Below, piece after piece: positions 1 to 8,874 of a stretch of DNA of 64,000 bases. Numbering within the stretch: the first letter of the stretch is position 1; each line of letters starts with the position of its first letter. The translations under genes were made by a program, and so were the position numbers. The notes beneath the pieces are model-generated. The model had not been told where the DNA came from. It saw only the letters and a list, made by a program, of their open reading frames with translations, and did no database searches. The DNA is from Gammaproteobacteria bacterium (GTDB lineage Bacteria; Pseudomonadota; Gammaproteobacteria; Steroidobacterales; Foliamicaceae), in the NCBI GenBank assembly GCA_011523505.1, contig WTGP01000012.1, positions 83,038 through 147,037 of the forward strand. Direction: 5' to 3'.

Positions 1-231
1 TGCGCAAAACTCCCAGAACGAGGCGTACCACGGCGTCGTATCGGTCGGAGAGACGCCAGGGTCGCCAAGCATGTACCAACCCTTGATGATCGGCCGAAGA
101 AAACCATTGCGCTTCAGCCGCTCGCGGTGCTCCCGCCCGAAGTCTCCGGACCGGAAAACATGCCGCTCCGTTCCCTGCAGATCGTGCAGGATTGCCAGCG
201 AGGCAGCCAGTTTTTCATTTGGCGAAGGCAT
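1..231 (-). CDS. partial CDS (first 77 codons, continues off the left edge); possible winged-helix AbiEi-/Fic-N-terminal-like protein
   Basis: I translated the reverse strand from ATG at 231-229. It reads MPSPNEKLAASLAILHDLQGTERHVFRSGDFGREHRERLKRNGFLRPIIKGWYMLGDPGVSPTDTTPWYASFWEFCA and stays open to position 1. It is absent from the ORF track because it has no stop in the window. The family resemblance is from memory only. Confidence 0.35.
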   Translation of the reverse strand, partial: MPSPNEKLAASLAILHDLQGTERHVFRSGDFGREHRERLKRNGFLRPIIKGWYMLGDPGVSPTDTTPWYASFWEFCA

Positions 232-518
232 GGAATTGCTCCATTGGCGGATAGCGGGACGCCAGGACGACAAGATTGATGGGAAAGGGTATTATCGAGG
301 CATAGAGTCAAGTATATCCTGCGGAATAGCTACAAGTATATTGCGCAAATCAGCCCTCAATGTATTGTGTTCCAAATTTATTAGGCGAGTATTGCGGGAT
401 CACCTGATCTATTTTCCTGGCATGAAATCAAGTATGACGCGTGTCATGACTTCACGTAAATTCAATCGGCACTGTCTGTTTCGCGACCAGGGCCGGGACA
501 TGCGACGTCCAGCTTCGG

Positions 519-1451
519 CTAGCCGGCGAAATCCTGTTTATCCAGGAAGCGCGACATCATGCCGGCGCACTCTTTCGGCTTTTCGATCTGCAGGTAGTGA
601 GTTGTGTCGGGGACGAAATCGTAATCCACATCGGCCCAACTGCGGGTCGTGAAGCCAGGCAGGAATGAGAACGGCAGGGTGGGGTCCGCACCAATCACCT
701 TGACGGGGCATCGAAGGCTGCCCAGCTCCGGTTCGTAGTTATAGGCGAAAAAGTACTCGTTAACCCGGGCCTCATATTCGGGCGGGCACCGGGGTTCATA
801 TCCGTCTCCATCGGCAGCTGAACGCAGCAGGGCTTCCGAAGCGAGTTCCGGCACGCCGGGCAGCGCGCGCACCATCAAGCCGGAATCCCTGAACGCCTGC
901 GCGAAATGCTCCCGCTTTTCGAAGCTTCCGTGCCGCCAGAGCGCAAGCCGCCGGAAACGCTGATACAGCCGGTCGAGGTCGAGCTGGTCGCCGCTCTTTG
1001 CGAAGATGGGCGGATCGAACAGCACCAGTGCGAGCGCGTTCGCCCCAGGCGGACTGTGGTTCAGGATGGTAATGGCCGACAGAGAATGGAACACGCCAAC
1101 CCAGGGTTTGTCCCCGAAGAGCCTCTCGATGCCCCGGAAGATCCGTTCGTTATCGGAAACGAACGTGGCGATATCGTGATTGGGACTGGCGCTTGGAGGA
1201 TTTCTTCCATGGTTGCGGAAGTCGTAGACGATGACGTCGAATCGCTCCGTGAGTAGCGACCAGAACGGGTAGTAGAGATCGATCGCCAGGCCGTTACCGT
1301 GGCTCAGGACCAACCGAGGTCCCCGGCGATTGCCATAGCGGCGCAGAGCGATTCGAGTGCCATCTTCCGTACAGACTGCAGCCGAGCATTCCGCCTCCGG
1401 GATCTTCCACACAGGCCCCACCTTGTTTCGGCGACGCGGAAGGATATACAA
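519..1451 (-). CDS. alpha/beta hydrolase fold protein
   Basis: 310-aa ORF with an HG-type oxyanion motif (LVLSHGNGLA) and a nucleophile-elbow-like GVFHSLSA. The length is typical of the fold. Confidence 0.7.
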   Translation of the reverse strand: MYILPRRRNKVGPVWKIPEAECSAAVCTEDGTRIALRRYGNRRGPRLVLSHGNGLAIDLYYPFWSLLTERFDVIVYDFRNHGRNPPSASPNHDIATFVSDNERIFRGIERLFGDKPWVGVFHSLSAITILNHSPPGANALALVLFDPPIFAKSGDQLDLDRLYQRFRRLALWRHGSFEKREHFAQAFRDSGLMVRALPGVPELASEALLRSAADGDGYEPRCPPEYEARVNEYFFAYNYEPELGSLRCPVKVIGADPTLPFSFLPGFTTRSWADVDYDFVPDTTHYLQIEKPKECAGMMSRFLDKQDFAG

Positions 1452-1520
1452 GCAATCGCGTTACAACAATCCCCAAATTGTGGGAGCCTTGAGGCTTGCT
1501 TGCCCCCGGTGGTCGAATCG

Positions 1521-2255
1521 TTAGAGGCCTTCGCTTAATTCGACCAGTTCGTAATGGGTCTGCATGTACCCGTCGACCTGACCCTTGAGAAACACGTAGT
1601 CACCGTCGTTTGTGGTCCATACGTTGTAGATCGGGTGTTCTTCGGGCAGGCCCCCGACCACCACGAATTGAAAGTGATGCGCCGTAAACGAGCCTGCACC
1701 CACCGTGATGTCCTCATCCCCGTGATAGATCACCGTAGGCCGGGCTGTCGCAATGGTCGGCCCTGTCGCACCGCGATGATCGGTCGACGACAAAAAATGT
1801 TCAAACGTCTGCGGTTCACCGGGTTTGGATAAATCCACACCGGCGCAGACCCAACCGTCATTCTGAATGGCATGGCCGCCGAAGACGGGGCAAATACCCG
1901 AGTACGGCACACGTTGAGACAACCGGCCTTCCGTGGTTGTGACTGTCTCGCACTCGGCAACCCCATTGGCAAAGCGAAACCAGCCCGAGCCGCGGAATTC
2001 ATCCCCGATGGTGATGCGGACAAAGGCGTCAATAGGTGAAAAGCCGCTGTCGACGGTGAGCTGGACAAAACGCAATACACTGGGCCGGTCATCGATTTCA
2101 CCGTGAGACATCAGCGACCGGCGGCCATCGGAATGCCGCGTCAGGGTCCACACTTCCCGGCCCCGTTCCTCACCCATGCGGTCCGGCTTCCTGGAGGTGT
2201 ATAGCAGGCGCCCCTTGCGGGACAAATGGTCGCGCTGGTGGTACTCCTTGATCAT
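1521..2255 (-). CDS. hypothetical protein, tandem paralog 1
   Basis: 244-aa ORF that aligns along its length with the next gene. Shared blocks include EIDDRPSV, TVGAGSF/TVGAGTF, AHHFQ, LPEEHP and GYMQTHYELVE. I do not recognise the family. Confidence 0.6.
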   Translation of the reverse strand: MIKEYHQRDHLSRKGRLLYTSRKPDRMGEERGREVWTLTRHSDGRRSLMSHGEIDDRPSVLRFVQLTVDSGFSPIDAFVRITIGDEFRGSGWFRFANGVAECETVTTTEGRLSQRVPYSGICPVFGGHAIQNDGWVCAGVDLSKPGEPQTFEHFLSSTDHRGATGPTIATARPTVIYHGDEDITVGAGSFTAHHFQFVVVGGLPEEHPIYNVWTTNDGDYVFLKGQVDGYMQTHYELVELSEGL

Positions 2256-2282
2256 GAATGAAGTCCCCTGGCCGCCAGTCTT

Positions 2283-3041
2283 TTATCCAAGTGTCTTTTC
2301 ATATTCCACCAATTCGTAATGGGTCTGCATGTACCCGGCGACTCCACCCTTGAGGAAAGTGTATTCCCCGTCTGTTGATGTATACACCTCATAGGGCGGG
2401 TGTTCTTCGGGAAGGTCGGTGTTGGTCGGCACCTGGAAGTGATGGGCATCAAACGTGCCGGCGCCGACGGTTATTTTTTCGTCACCCACATACACCAGGT
2501 CCAAACGCAGGGGGTAAAGCATCGGGCCGGTCGCCCCTCTGTGGTCGGGCGAGCACAGCAGCAACTCGTCGATGCTTTGCTGGCCGGGACCTTTGCTCAG
2601 GTCGTAGTGGGAAAAGTGCCAGCTGTCGCAGGCGATGGCATGGTTCTGAAAAGACTTCAATGGGCCGTGTTTGTGGTCCATGCGCTGGGACACCCGGCCT
2701 TCCAATGCGGTGTAAGTCTCACACTCCGTATAGTCGTCATGGAACTTGAACCACCCCGTGCCCATAAACCTGTCGCCGACGGTAAGCCGGACGAAACAAT
2801 CCTGGGGCATCCAGTTTTCGTCCACCGTGTAAGTGGCATCGCGCATAACGGAGGGGCGGTCGTCGATTTCCGTATGAACGCCAATGGTGCGGCCACCCCA
2901 ACCGTATTTGGTGATGGTGAAGAACTCCCGGCCGCGTTCCTGATCCAACCGTTCAGGTTTTTTCGACGTATAGGCGATCACACCCCGGACGACTGTGTGA
3001 TCGATTTGGGTAACCGGCAGGCCTGTGCTCGCATCGTTCAT
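2283..3041 (-). CDS. hypothetical protein, tandem paralog 2
   Basis: 252-aa ORF, paralog of 1521-2255, separated from it by 27 nt on the same strand. Confidence 0.6.
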   Translation of the reverse strand: MNDASTGLPVTQIDHTVVRGVIAYTSKKPERLDQERGREFFTITKYGWGGRTIGVHTEIDDRPSVMRDATYTVDENWMPQDCFVRLTVGDRFMGTGWFKFHDDYTECETYTALEGRVSQRMDHKHGPLKSFQNHAIACDSWHFSHYDLSKGPGQQSIDELLLCSPDHRGATGPMLYPLRLDLVYVGDEKITVGAGTFDAHHFQVPTNTDLPEEHPPYEVYTSTDGEYTFLKGGVAGYMQTHYELVEYEKTLG

Positions 3042-3181
3042 GTGGGTCCCTCCTGAAACCGGTTCCGACCGGTTCCTGTCATTGATTGTTGCCCCGCGCC
3101 ATCATACGCTGGCCGGTGCGGTTGTCTACGGACCCCATGCACGCACGACCTGTCGAGACCGCGCGTACTCCCTGTATCGCT

Positions 3182-3532
3182 TCAGATAAAAGCGTCTGCG
3201 TCAAGACGATCGAGAATCGCAATGACTTCTTCCGTTCTTTTGGTTCTTATGAGATCGATCGCGCGCTTGCCCTCCAGTTGGGGATGAGGTGCGTAAAGCC
3301 AAGCGCGGACTTGTTCCTGGCGGTAGTACTCGCCAAGTCGCATGATTACGTATGCCAGGTCGGAAATAATGAGTTGCGTGGCCGGGCGAGGTGATTTGTG
3401 ACCATTCACCCAGCGGGAAACGGTGGCCTTGGAGACCCCGGTAAAGTTCGCGATATCGGTTCCTCTCAGTCCGCCGGATTCCTTCATCTGGTCGAGGAAC
3501 AGATTGACCGGCCTCGTATGTGCGGTGTTCAC
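3182..3532 (-). CDS. Xre-family HTH antitoxin with C-terminal DUF2384 (MbcA/ParS/Xre toxin-binding) domain
   Basis: N-terminal HTH (GTDIANFTGVSKATVSRWVNGHKSP). The C-terminal AWLYAPHPQLEGKRAIDLIRTKRTEEVIAILDRLDADAFI fits the DUF2384 consensus as I remember it. Confidence 0.7.
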   Translation of the reverse strand: MNTAHTRPVNLFLDQMKESGGLRGTDIANFTGVSKATVSRWVNGHKSPRPATQLIISDLAYVIMRLGEYYRQEQVRAWLYAPHPQLEGKRAIDLIRTKRTEEVIAILDRLDADAFI

Positions 3533-3810
3533 CAGGCTATCCTCTGAGAAGAATTCGTAGTCCGAATACGTTCGGGCTTTCTCGTCGCCGAACGGTATAC
3601 ATCAAGCGCTCGATCCTTTTCCTGCCAGTCGCCGTAGACTTTCATAACCTCACGGACGCCTGGGCGGGCAAGAGCGGCCTCAAGCAGTTCGGCATGTTTC
3701 TGTGCACGCTCTGACGCCGAGCGTTTTTCCAATATCTGCGTCGCGTCTTGATGGTCTGGTTGCGTCATCAGGTAGTCCTTCCAGTCTGGATCAAGCTCCC
3801 GTTCTTCCAT
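3529..3810 (-). CDS. small hypothetical protein, 4-nt overlap with the Xre-DUF2384 gene
   Basis: 93-aa ORF whose stop overlaps the downstream start at 3529-3532. No recognisable motif. Confidence 0.45.
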   Translation of the reverse strand: MEERELDPDWKDYLMTQPDHQDATQILEKRSASERAQKHAELLEAALARPGVREVMKVYGDWQEKDRALDVYRSATRKPERIRTTNSSQRIAW

Positions 3811-3976
3811 GTTCGGTGTAGGACCGTTCTACTTTTTCTTGGGCGGAGGCGGGGGCGGCGCAGGCTTTTTCGCGTTCGCAGGCTTGGGAGAGACACCATC
3901 CTGAGCTGTTATGGGCGTCGCGCGCAGCGGCGGAACTGCCGATGGGCGTGGCGGTTTTGGCGGTTGTTTCATGCGG

Positions 3977-4582
3977 TCAGTCCTTGCTATCAGAATCCGT
4001 CGCCGTGGGTAGAAATTCTATCATTTCCACTTCCGAAGCCGGAATCAGCATATGTGAAACACCAGCGATCGGGCGGCGATCCTCATCTTCCAACCACTCG
4101 CATTCCTCAATCAGGAAGTGCTGATCGTCTGGCCGACTCGGCCATTCTCGCGGCCATCCAAACAGCCGCCGTTCTCCCTTGAGGTGCAAGACCACGTAGC
4201 AATTAGTATGAATCGCAAAGGCCGAGTACTGGGCCGAGCGATAGGAGCTCTGGCGAGTCAGTTTCCACTTACGTAACCAACCATGCGGCAGATCCCTATT
4301 CCAAAGCCAGGCCGCAAACAGCCCCGCAACGATGGCGATCAACACCGACATAGCTATCCCGGCTGTATCGTCGTACGCGGGCGCAATTATTTCGGTATCT
4401 CTGTTCCACCAAACCAGGCGCGTGGCAACCTGCACGATCACGGTGAAAATAAAGACTTGCGCCAGCGAATCAAATCCACTGGGCTTTGGATTTGATATGA
4501 GTGTTCGAAAAAGACCTGTTGCCACAAAACCTGGCAGCAAGAACCAGAGCACTGCGATCGCTTCGCTACTTGCCCAAGACAT
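3977..4582 (-). CDS. hypothetical membrane protein (N-terminal TM helices, soluble C-terminal domain)
   Basis: 201-aa ORF with hydrophobic segments AIAVLWFLLPGFVATGLF, VFIFTVIVQVATRLVWW and GIAMSVLIAIVAGLFAAWLW. Confidence 0.55.
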   Translation of the reverse strand: MSWASSEAIAVLWFLLPGFVATGLFRTLISNPKPSGFDSLAQVFIFTVIVQVATRLVWWNRDTEIIAPAYDDTAGIAMSVLIAIVAGLFAAWLWNRDLPHGWLRKWKLTRQSSYRSAQYSAFAIHTNCYVVLHLKGERRLFGWPREWPSRPDDQHFLIEECEWLEDEDRRPIAGVSHMLIPASEVEMIEFLPTATDSDSKD

Positions 4583-4791
4583 AAGTCGGACTCCTTCCCC
4601 AGGTACTCATTCAACAAAATTCTCGTTGGCGCGGCGGAGTTACTCCAATCCGGGACGTTCGTGAAATGTAGTTTGTCCGCGGGACCACTTGGAAGCGGTA
4701 AAGTGGGTGCGTTTAACAGGTATAGCCGCCTCGGCCAAGTGCCGCTGCGATGCGATTGGCGGAAGTGATTAGCCGGCCGAGATAGAACCTA

Positions 4792-5632
4792 ATGAAGATC
4801 ATCTCCTGGAACATGAAGCAGAAGCACGATTCGTGGCGTCGCCTGCTCGAGATGGACATCGACCTTGCGCTGCTCCAGGAAGCCGGCAAGCCGCCTCCGG
4901 ATGTCGCAAAGCAGATCCAGGCCAAACCTGCGATCGAGATCGATTCGGCGCCATGGCAGACCACGACCGCAGGCGGCAGAACCTCGTTCAGAACCGCGAT
5001 AGCCAAGCTCTCTGACCGCATCGAAGTCGAATGGATCGAAGCGAAATCGCCAGGGACGGCAGACTCCAGGGATTTAGTCGTCAGTTGGCCCGGCACGCTT
5101 ACAGCGGCGAGGGTCAAGCCGGCCTCAGGCGCCCCTGTGCTGGCTGTCTCGATGTATGCGCAGTGGCTTCGCACGCATAGTTTGGCGGCAAACAACTTCA
5201 TATTTGCGGACAGTTCCGTTCACCACGTTATTTCCGACTTGTCGGTTTTCGTTACGAAGGCGGACGGGCATCGCGTTCTGGCCGCCGGCGATCTGAATAT
5301 CCTGCGCGGTTACGGCGAACATGGCGACGCCTACTGGGCCGCCCGGTACCAGACTGTGTTTGATCGGCTGGAGGCTATGGGGTTGCCTTGCGTCGGTCCG
5401 GATTCCCGGAATGGCCGCCAGGCCGATCCGTGGCCGGACGAATTGCCACGGGACAGTCGGAACGTCCCCACATTTCATTCCAACCGCTAAAAAACCGGCG
5501 ACCGCTACCCGCCAATTGGATTACGTCTTCGCCTCCAGAGGACTCGCTGACTCGCTTACCGTGCGTGCCCTCAACAAGCCGGAGGAATGGGGGCCGAGCG
5601 ATCATTGCCGGATTGAGATTGAGCTCAAGTAA
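4792..5632 (+). pseudogene. endonuclease/exonuclease/phosphatase (EEP) family gene interrupted by a frameshift
   Basis: The N-terminal part (MKIISWNMKQK...GDLNILRG) runs in frame 1 to TAA at 5488-5490. The C-terminal EEP motifs (QLDYVFASRG, GPSDHCRIEIELK) continue in frame 2 (ORF 5321-5632). The frame switch must lie around 5440-5490. Confidence 0.6.
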
Positions 5633-5721
5633 CCGACAATCCAAGCAACCGGTGCGGCCTTGGGCTGGCGTCGCCAGTCCTGCAAGCAGAAAGAACTGAG
5701 CAGGCTACCTGCTTCGCATAG

Positions 5722-6093
5722 CTATTGCGGCGTCGGTGGTTCGGCTTTATGTCCTTGATTCGTCATTACTGGCTGATCTCGCTCAAGGACTTCCAGATAT
5801 GCCCCTGGCTGAACCTTCTCAATCGCGGATTTAATGGTATCAACCTGACGTGAGACGCGCGGCCAATCCGGCGCGACCACTATTATCGCGAGCCGCCTGC
5901 CCTGTAAGTTCTGTTGAAACTGAATGCCTTGGTCTGTTGTGGGCAATATGTCATAGCCTTCTTCTTCGGCCAAATCCAGAAGTTCTCCGTTTCGAAGCGT
6001 TTGCCATCCAAGATCTTTGACGAGATCAACAATGTGGCCTCTAAGAGCGTTCCGCAACGGCGCGGGAGTGCCCTGGTCGAACAGTATTCTCAA
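5722..6093 (-). CDS. DUF5615-family PIN-like putative toxin
   Basis: 123-aa ORF starting MRILFDQGTPAPLRNALRGHIV, typical of DUF5615/Mut7-C-like proteins. It has a 4-nt overlap with the upstream DUF433 gene. Confidence 0.65.
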   Translation of the reverse strand: MRILFDQGTPAPLRNALRGHIVDLVKDLGWQTLRNGELLDLAEEEGYDILPTTDQGIQFQQNLQGRRLAIIVVAPDWPRVSRQVDTIKSAIEKVQPGAYLEVLERDQPVMTNQGHKAEPPTPQ

Positions 6094-6332
6094 AGACGGA
6101 GTTCTTGAAGTACGGGGGCCTTCATTTCGCGGGCTTCGTGTTCAATCACAGCTTCAACCTGCTCACGTGTCGCCCCGGGGTACCACTCCAGGAATTGGTC
6201 AATGGTCGCACCTCGCTTGAGGTTTTCGAAGAGAGTTGCCACGGGAATTCTCGTGTTGCGAAAAATCAGCGCTCCACTCAACTTGTCAGGATCGCGCTCA
6301 ACGGCACGACAAGTATTCCAGTCAGTCGCCAT
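6090..6332 (-). CDS. DUF433-family putative antitoxin
   Basis: 80-aa ORF. GALIFRNTRIPVATLFENLKRGATIDQFLEWYPGATREQVEAVIEH matches the DUF433 pattern as I remember it. Confidence 0.7.
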   Translation of the reverse strand: MATDWNTCRAVERDPDKLSGALIFRNTRIPVATLFENLKRGATIDQFLEWYPGATREQVEAVIEHEAREMKAPVLQELRL

Positions 6333-6445
6333 GGCATACCCCTAATTGGACCATGTGGTAGGAGAGAAAATTATACAAAAGCCAAAACTCTTTAGAGAAA
6401 GTCAGTACCTATAATCGCCCATCGCCAGCCTGAAGTGGGGTCGAA

Positions 6446-6928
6446 ATGATGAGTGAGCGCCGGCAATCGAAAGCAATAGCTGCCAGTGAAGTGCCGCCAA
6501 GTGTCAAAGCGTCGAACTATCCGGAACCGTACGCGAGCCAGATGAACAAGCGTGAGAAAAGGAAGATAGGTGATTTTTTCGGCCTCAGGAATTTCGGCGT
6601 GAACCTGACCAGGCTTGCCCCCGGTGGTCGGTCTGCGCTAATGCACGCTCACAGCAAGCAAGACGAACTGATCTATGTCCTGCAGGGCGAGCCGGCGCTT
6701 GTCACCGAATCCGGAGCGCGACCGCTGGCGCCCGGCATGTGCGCCGGTTTCCCCGCGGGAGGCGAGGCGCATCACCTGGTCAACCATACCGACAAGGAAG
6801 TGGTTTTCCTGGAGATCGGTGACCGGACACCGGCTGACGAGGTGAACTATCCAAATGACGATCTCCAGGCCGTAATGGGCCAGGATGGACACTGGCAGTT
6901 CATGCGCAAAGACGGGACGCCTTACTAG
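6446..6928 (+). CDS. cupin domain protein
   Basis: 160-aa ORF with two-His cupin motifs (HAHSKQDELIYVLQGE ... GEAHHLVN). Confidence 0.7.
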   Translation: MMSERRQSKAIAASEVPPSVKASNYPEPYASQMNKREKRKIGDFFGLRNFGVNLTRLAPGGRSALMHAHSKQDELIYVLQGEPALVTESGARPLAPGMCAGFPAGGEAHHLVNHTDKEVVFLEIGDRTPADEVNYPNDDLQAVMGQDGHWQFMRKDGTPY

Positions 6929-6995
6929 CGACCAAGAGTTGCTGCGATATTCGCGTTTCCGAAGAGATGAAATACCAGCGGTTTCTATTTCCCGG

Positions 6996-7421
6996 TCATT
7001 GCTTTCGGGTTATGCCAAGCATCTTCTCAATTGTTTCAATCGCTAGAGGACCGACCTTGTCCAGCAACCCGACTACCAGTGGCTCACCCAGAACCTGGGC
7101 GGCCACTGTTCTGGGCTTGCCTCTTTCGACAAGTGCTAGCCAAAAATAGTCGTCTGCAATCGTGTATTCACCATCCCAAACATAGAGCCATGGTTGGGCG
7201 CATTGATCGTTTTGCCATGCTTCCCACATCGACTTGATAATCTTTTCCCCAACTTCAGAATTTTCTGGACGAAAATGCTCGTATCTCCGCTTAATTATTA
7301 CTTCCTGGAAATTAAGGACGACACCGTAAACCGGTATCTCACCCTTTACGGCGCGATTGAGTAAGTCCTGAAACAGGCGATCGTCTGGCGGCCGGAGGCT
7401 CGTATCTAGTCTTGTTGACAT
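6996..7421 (-). CDS. hypothetical protein (weak ParB/Srx-like resemblance)
   Basis: 141-aa ORF. YVWDGEYTIADDYFWLALVERGKPRTVAAQVLG loosely resembles ParB-like nuclease N-domains. This is speculative. Confidence 0.4.
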   Translation of the reverse strand: MSTRLDTSLRPPDDRLFQDLLNRAVKGEIPVYGVVLNFQEVIIKRRYEHFRPENSEVGEKIIKSMWEAWQNDQCAQPWLYVWDGEYTIADDYFWLALVERGKPRTVAAQVLGEPLVVGLLDKVGPLAIETIEKMLGITRKQ

Positions 7422-7830
7422 CTGAGCAAATCAGTCCGTTTCCGCTGAACCGAAAGCAGTGGGTTGCATCAAACGGCTGACAGAATTGTGATTGCTGAAT
7501 CTCAACGGTACTTTATCAATGCTTCAGATTTACGAGCGGTCGCCCCTACGCCATCGGAAGGAAGCAAACGTCGTCGCCATGAGCAGGAATATTATCTTTC
7601 CACTTTCGAGGCCGGAGCCAGCATACATGCAACAGTAGCGGTCGGGCGCCGATCTTTCGGCCTAATTTGGTTCGCTAGAGACGAGGGAAAAACCGGTTAA
7701 GGGTGGGAAAATTCTCAGCCCAGATGGAGCCGTTTATGGAAGAGAATTCAAGAATACGGGGAGCAGATCACAGAATACAAGAAGCAAAAGGCAATCACAT
7801 GCGGTCAAAGTCGGTATGCTCTATGCCACA

Positions 7831-8874
7831 TCATGGACACGCCGGGCATGCTGGCGAAACATCCGTCACATCGACGCCAAATGTAGCTGCGTCAAAGTCA
7901 GTTGTCATTCGTAAGTGTCCTTCCTGCAAGTCTCTTACGTTTGCAGTGAACATCTCTCGGGACATTGCATACATACCTGTCCGGGCGCCTTCGAAAAAGC
8001 AATTCCAAGCCGCAGCCGCATTCGCGTAGCCAAAAATATCGTCCAGGTCTGAAGAACTCAGTTCTTGAAGATCGTCGAGTCCGTTTGGAAACTTAGAGAT
8101 CAATGCTGCCGTGAACCAATCACCCGCACCGGCGCTATCCGCGATATTTTCTGCCAATAAAGCTGACCTGTAATTCCAACCACTCACTCGCCCCGCCAAC
8201 CGCGATCGAAATCGAAACCCGGAACTGCCGCTAGTCTGGATTTCGATTCTGGTACTGTCGCTAAACTCCATCGCGTTTAGCGGCTCAGGAAAGCGCTCAT
8301 CTGCGTACTTGACAATGTGAGCGATGCGCATTGCTTCGAGCATGTGCTGTGAGTTCACGCTGGCGCTGGGCTCGAATACCACTAGCGCACCCGCCTCGGC
8401 AGCGGCTTGGGCCAGCGTTAGCATCCCACGGGAGGCTCGATCAAGGAAAAAGACCGTTGGAGGAATCCAATGTGAGAGTGTCTCAAGCGCAGTATCGTTC
8501 CGTACAGCACGAAAACTAGGCAGCCGCGATCGGCAGTAGGGACACTGAATGGAAAAGCGATGTGACTTCATGTCCGCTGAATTTCGATTGATCCGATGCA
8601 CAATAATTGGCGTGGGAGCTTGGGGCCGTAGGGTCGCGTAATCTAGGTTCACGCCCAATTCCATAAGGTCGCGTCGTACGATTTGAGACGCAACATCACC
8701 ATTTAGCCGCGTGATTGGAAAGCTCTGCCAACCAAGAAAACTCAAGATTGCAAGAACATTGCCGCAAGTACCACCGGCAAACCATCGCGCCGGCTGTTCG
8801 TCATCGGGGCCGAAAATTAAGTCAAGTGTTAACAAGCCAGTGCCATAAACACGACGGGAATTTGCAGATGCCAT
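7831..8874 (-). CDS. PfkB/ribokinase-family kinase with CxxC insertion and C-terminal CxxC tail (gene 5 of the operon)
   Basis: Contains the GG..N motif (FAGGTCGNVLA), the anion-hole motif (DSAGAGDWFTAALI), CPYC in an insertion and CPACP at the extreme C-terminus. I prefer the ATG at 8874, which overlaps the upstream TGA by 1 nt; the track start is 8925. Confidence 0.75.
   Translation of the reverse strand: MASANSRRVYGTGLLTLDLIFGPDDEQPARWFAGGTCGNVLAILSFLGWQSFPITRLNGDVASQIVRRDLMELGVNLDYATLRPQAPTPIIVHRINRNSADMKSHRFSIQCPYCRSRLPSFRAVRNDTALETLSHWIPPTVFFLDRASRGMLTLAQAAAEAGALVVFEPSASVNSQHMLEAMRIAHIVKYADERFPEPLNAMEFSDSTRIEIQTSGSSGFRFRSRLAGRVSGWNYRSALLAENIADSAGAGDWFTAALISKFPNGLDDLQELSSSDLDDIFGYANAAAAWNCFFEGARTGMYAMSREMFTANVRDLQEGHLRMTTDFDAATFGVDVTDVSPACPACP

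Noticed and set aside
5461-5495. Programmed +1 frameshift at CGC UAA A in the EEP gene (prfB-like)
   Set aside because: There is no slippery P-site codon (CGC cannot re-pair in +1) and no obvious upstream Shine-Dalgarno stimulator. Decay or an assembly error is more parsimonious.
7464-8029. 78-aa and 108-aa plus-strand ORFs in the gap after the operon
   Set aside because: They have no motifs and no convincing start context. The second runs antisense into the PfkB gene, so I do not call either as a gene.
8630-8644. 15-nt match AGGGTCGCGTAATCT shared with 21888-21902
   Set aside because: A handful of 15-mer coincidences is expected by chance in a 64-kb window counted on both strands. One copy is inside a CDS, and there is no extended similarity.
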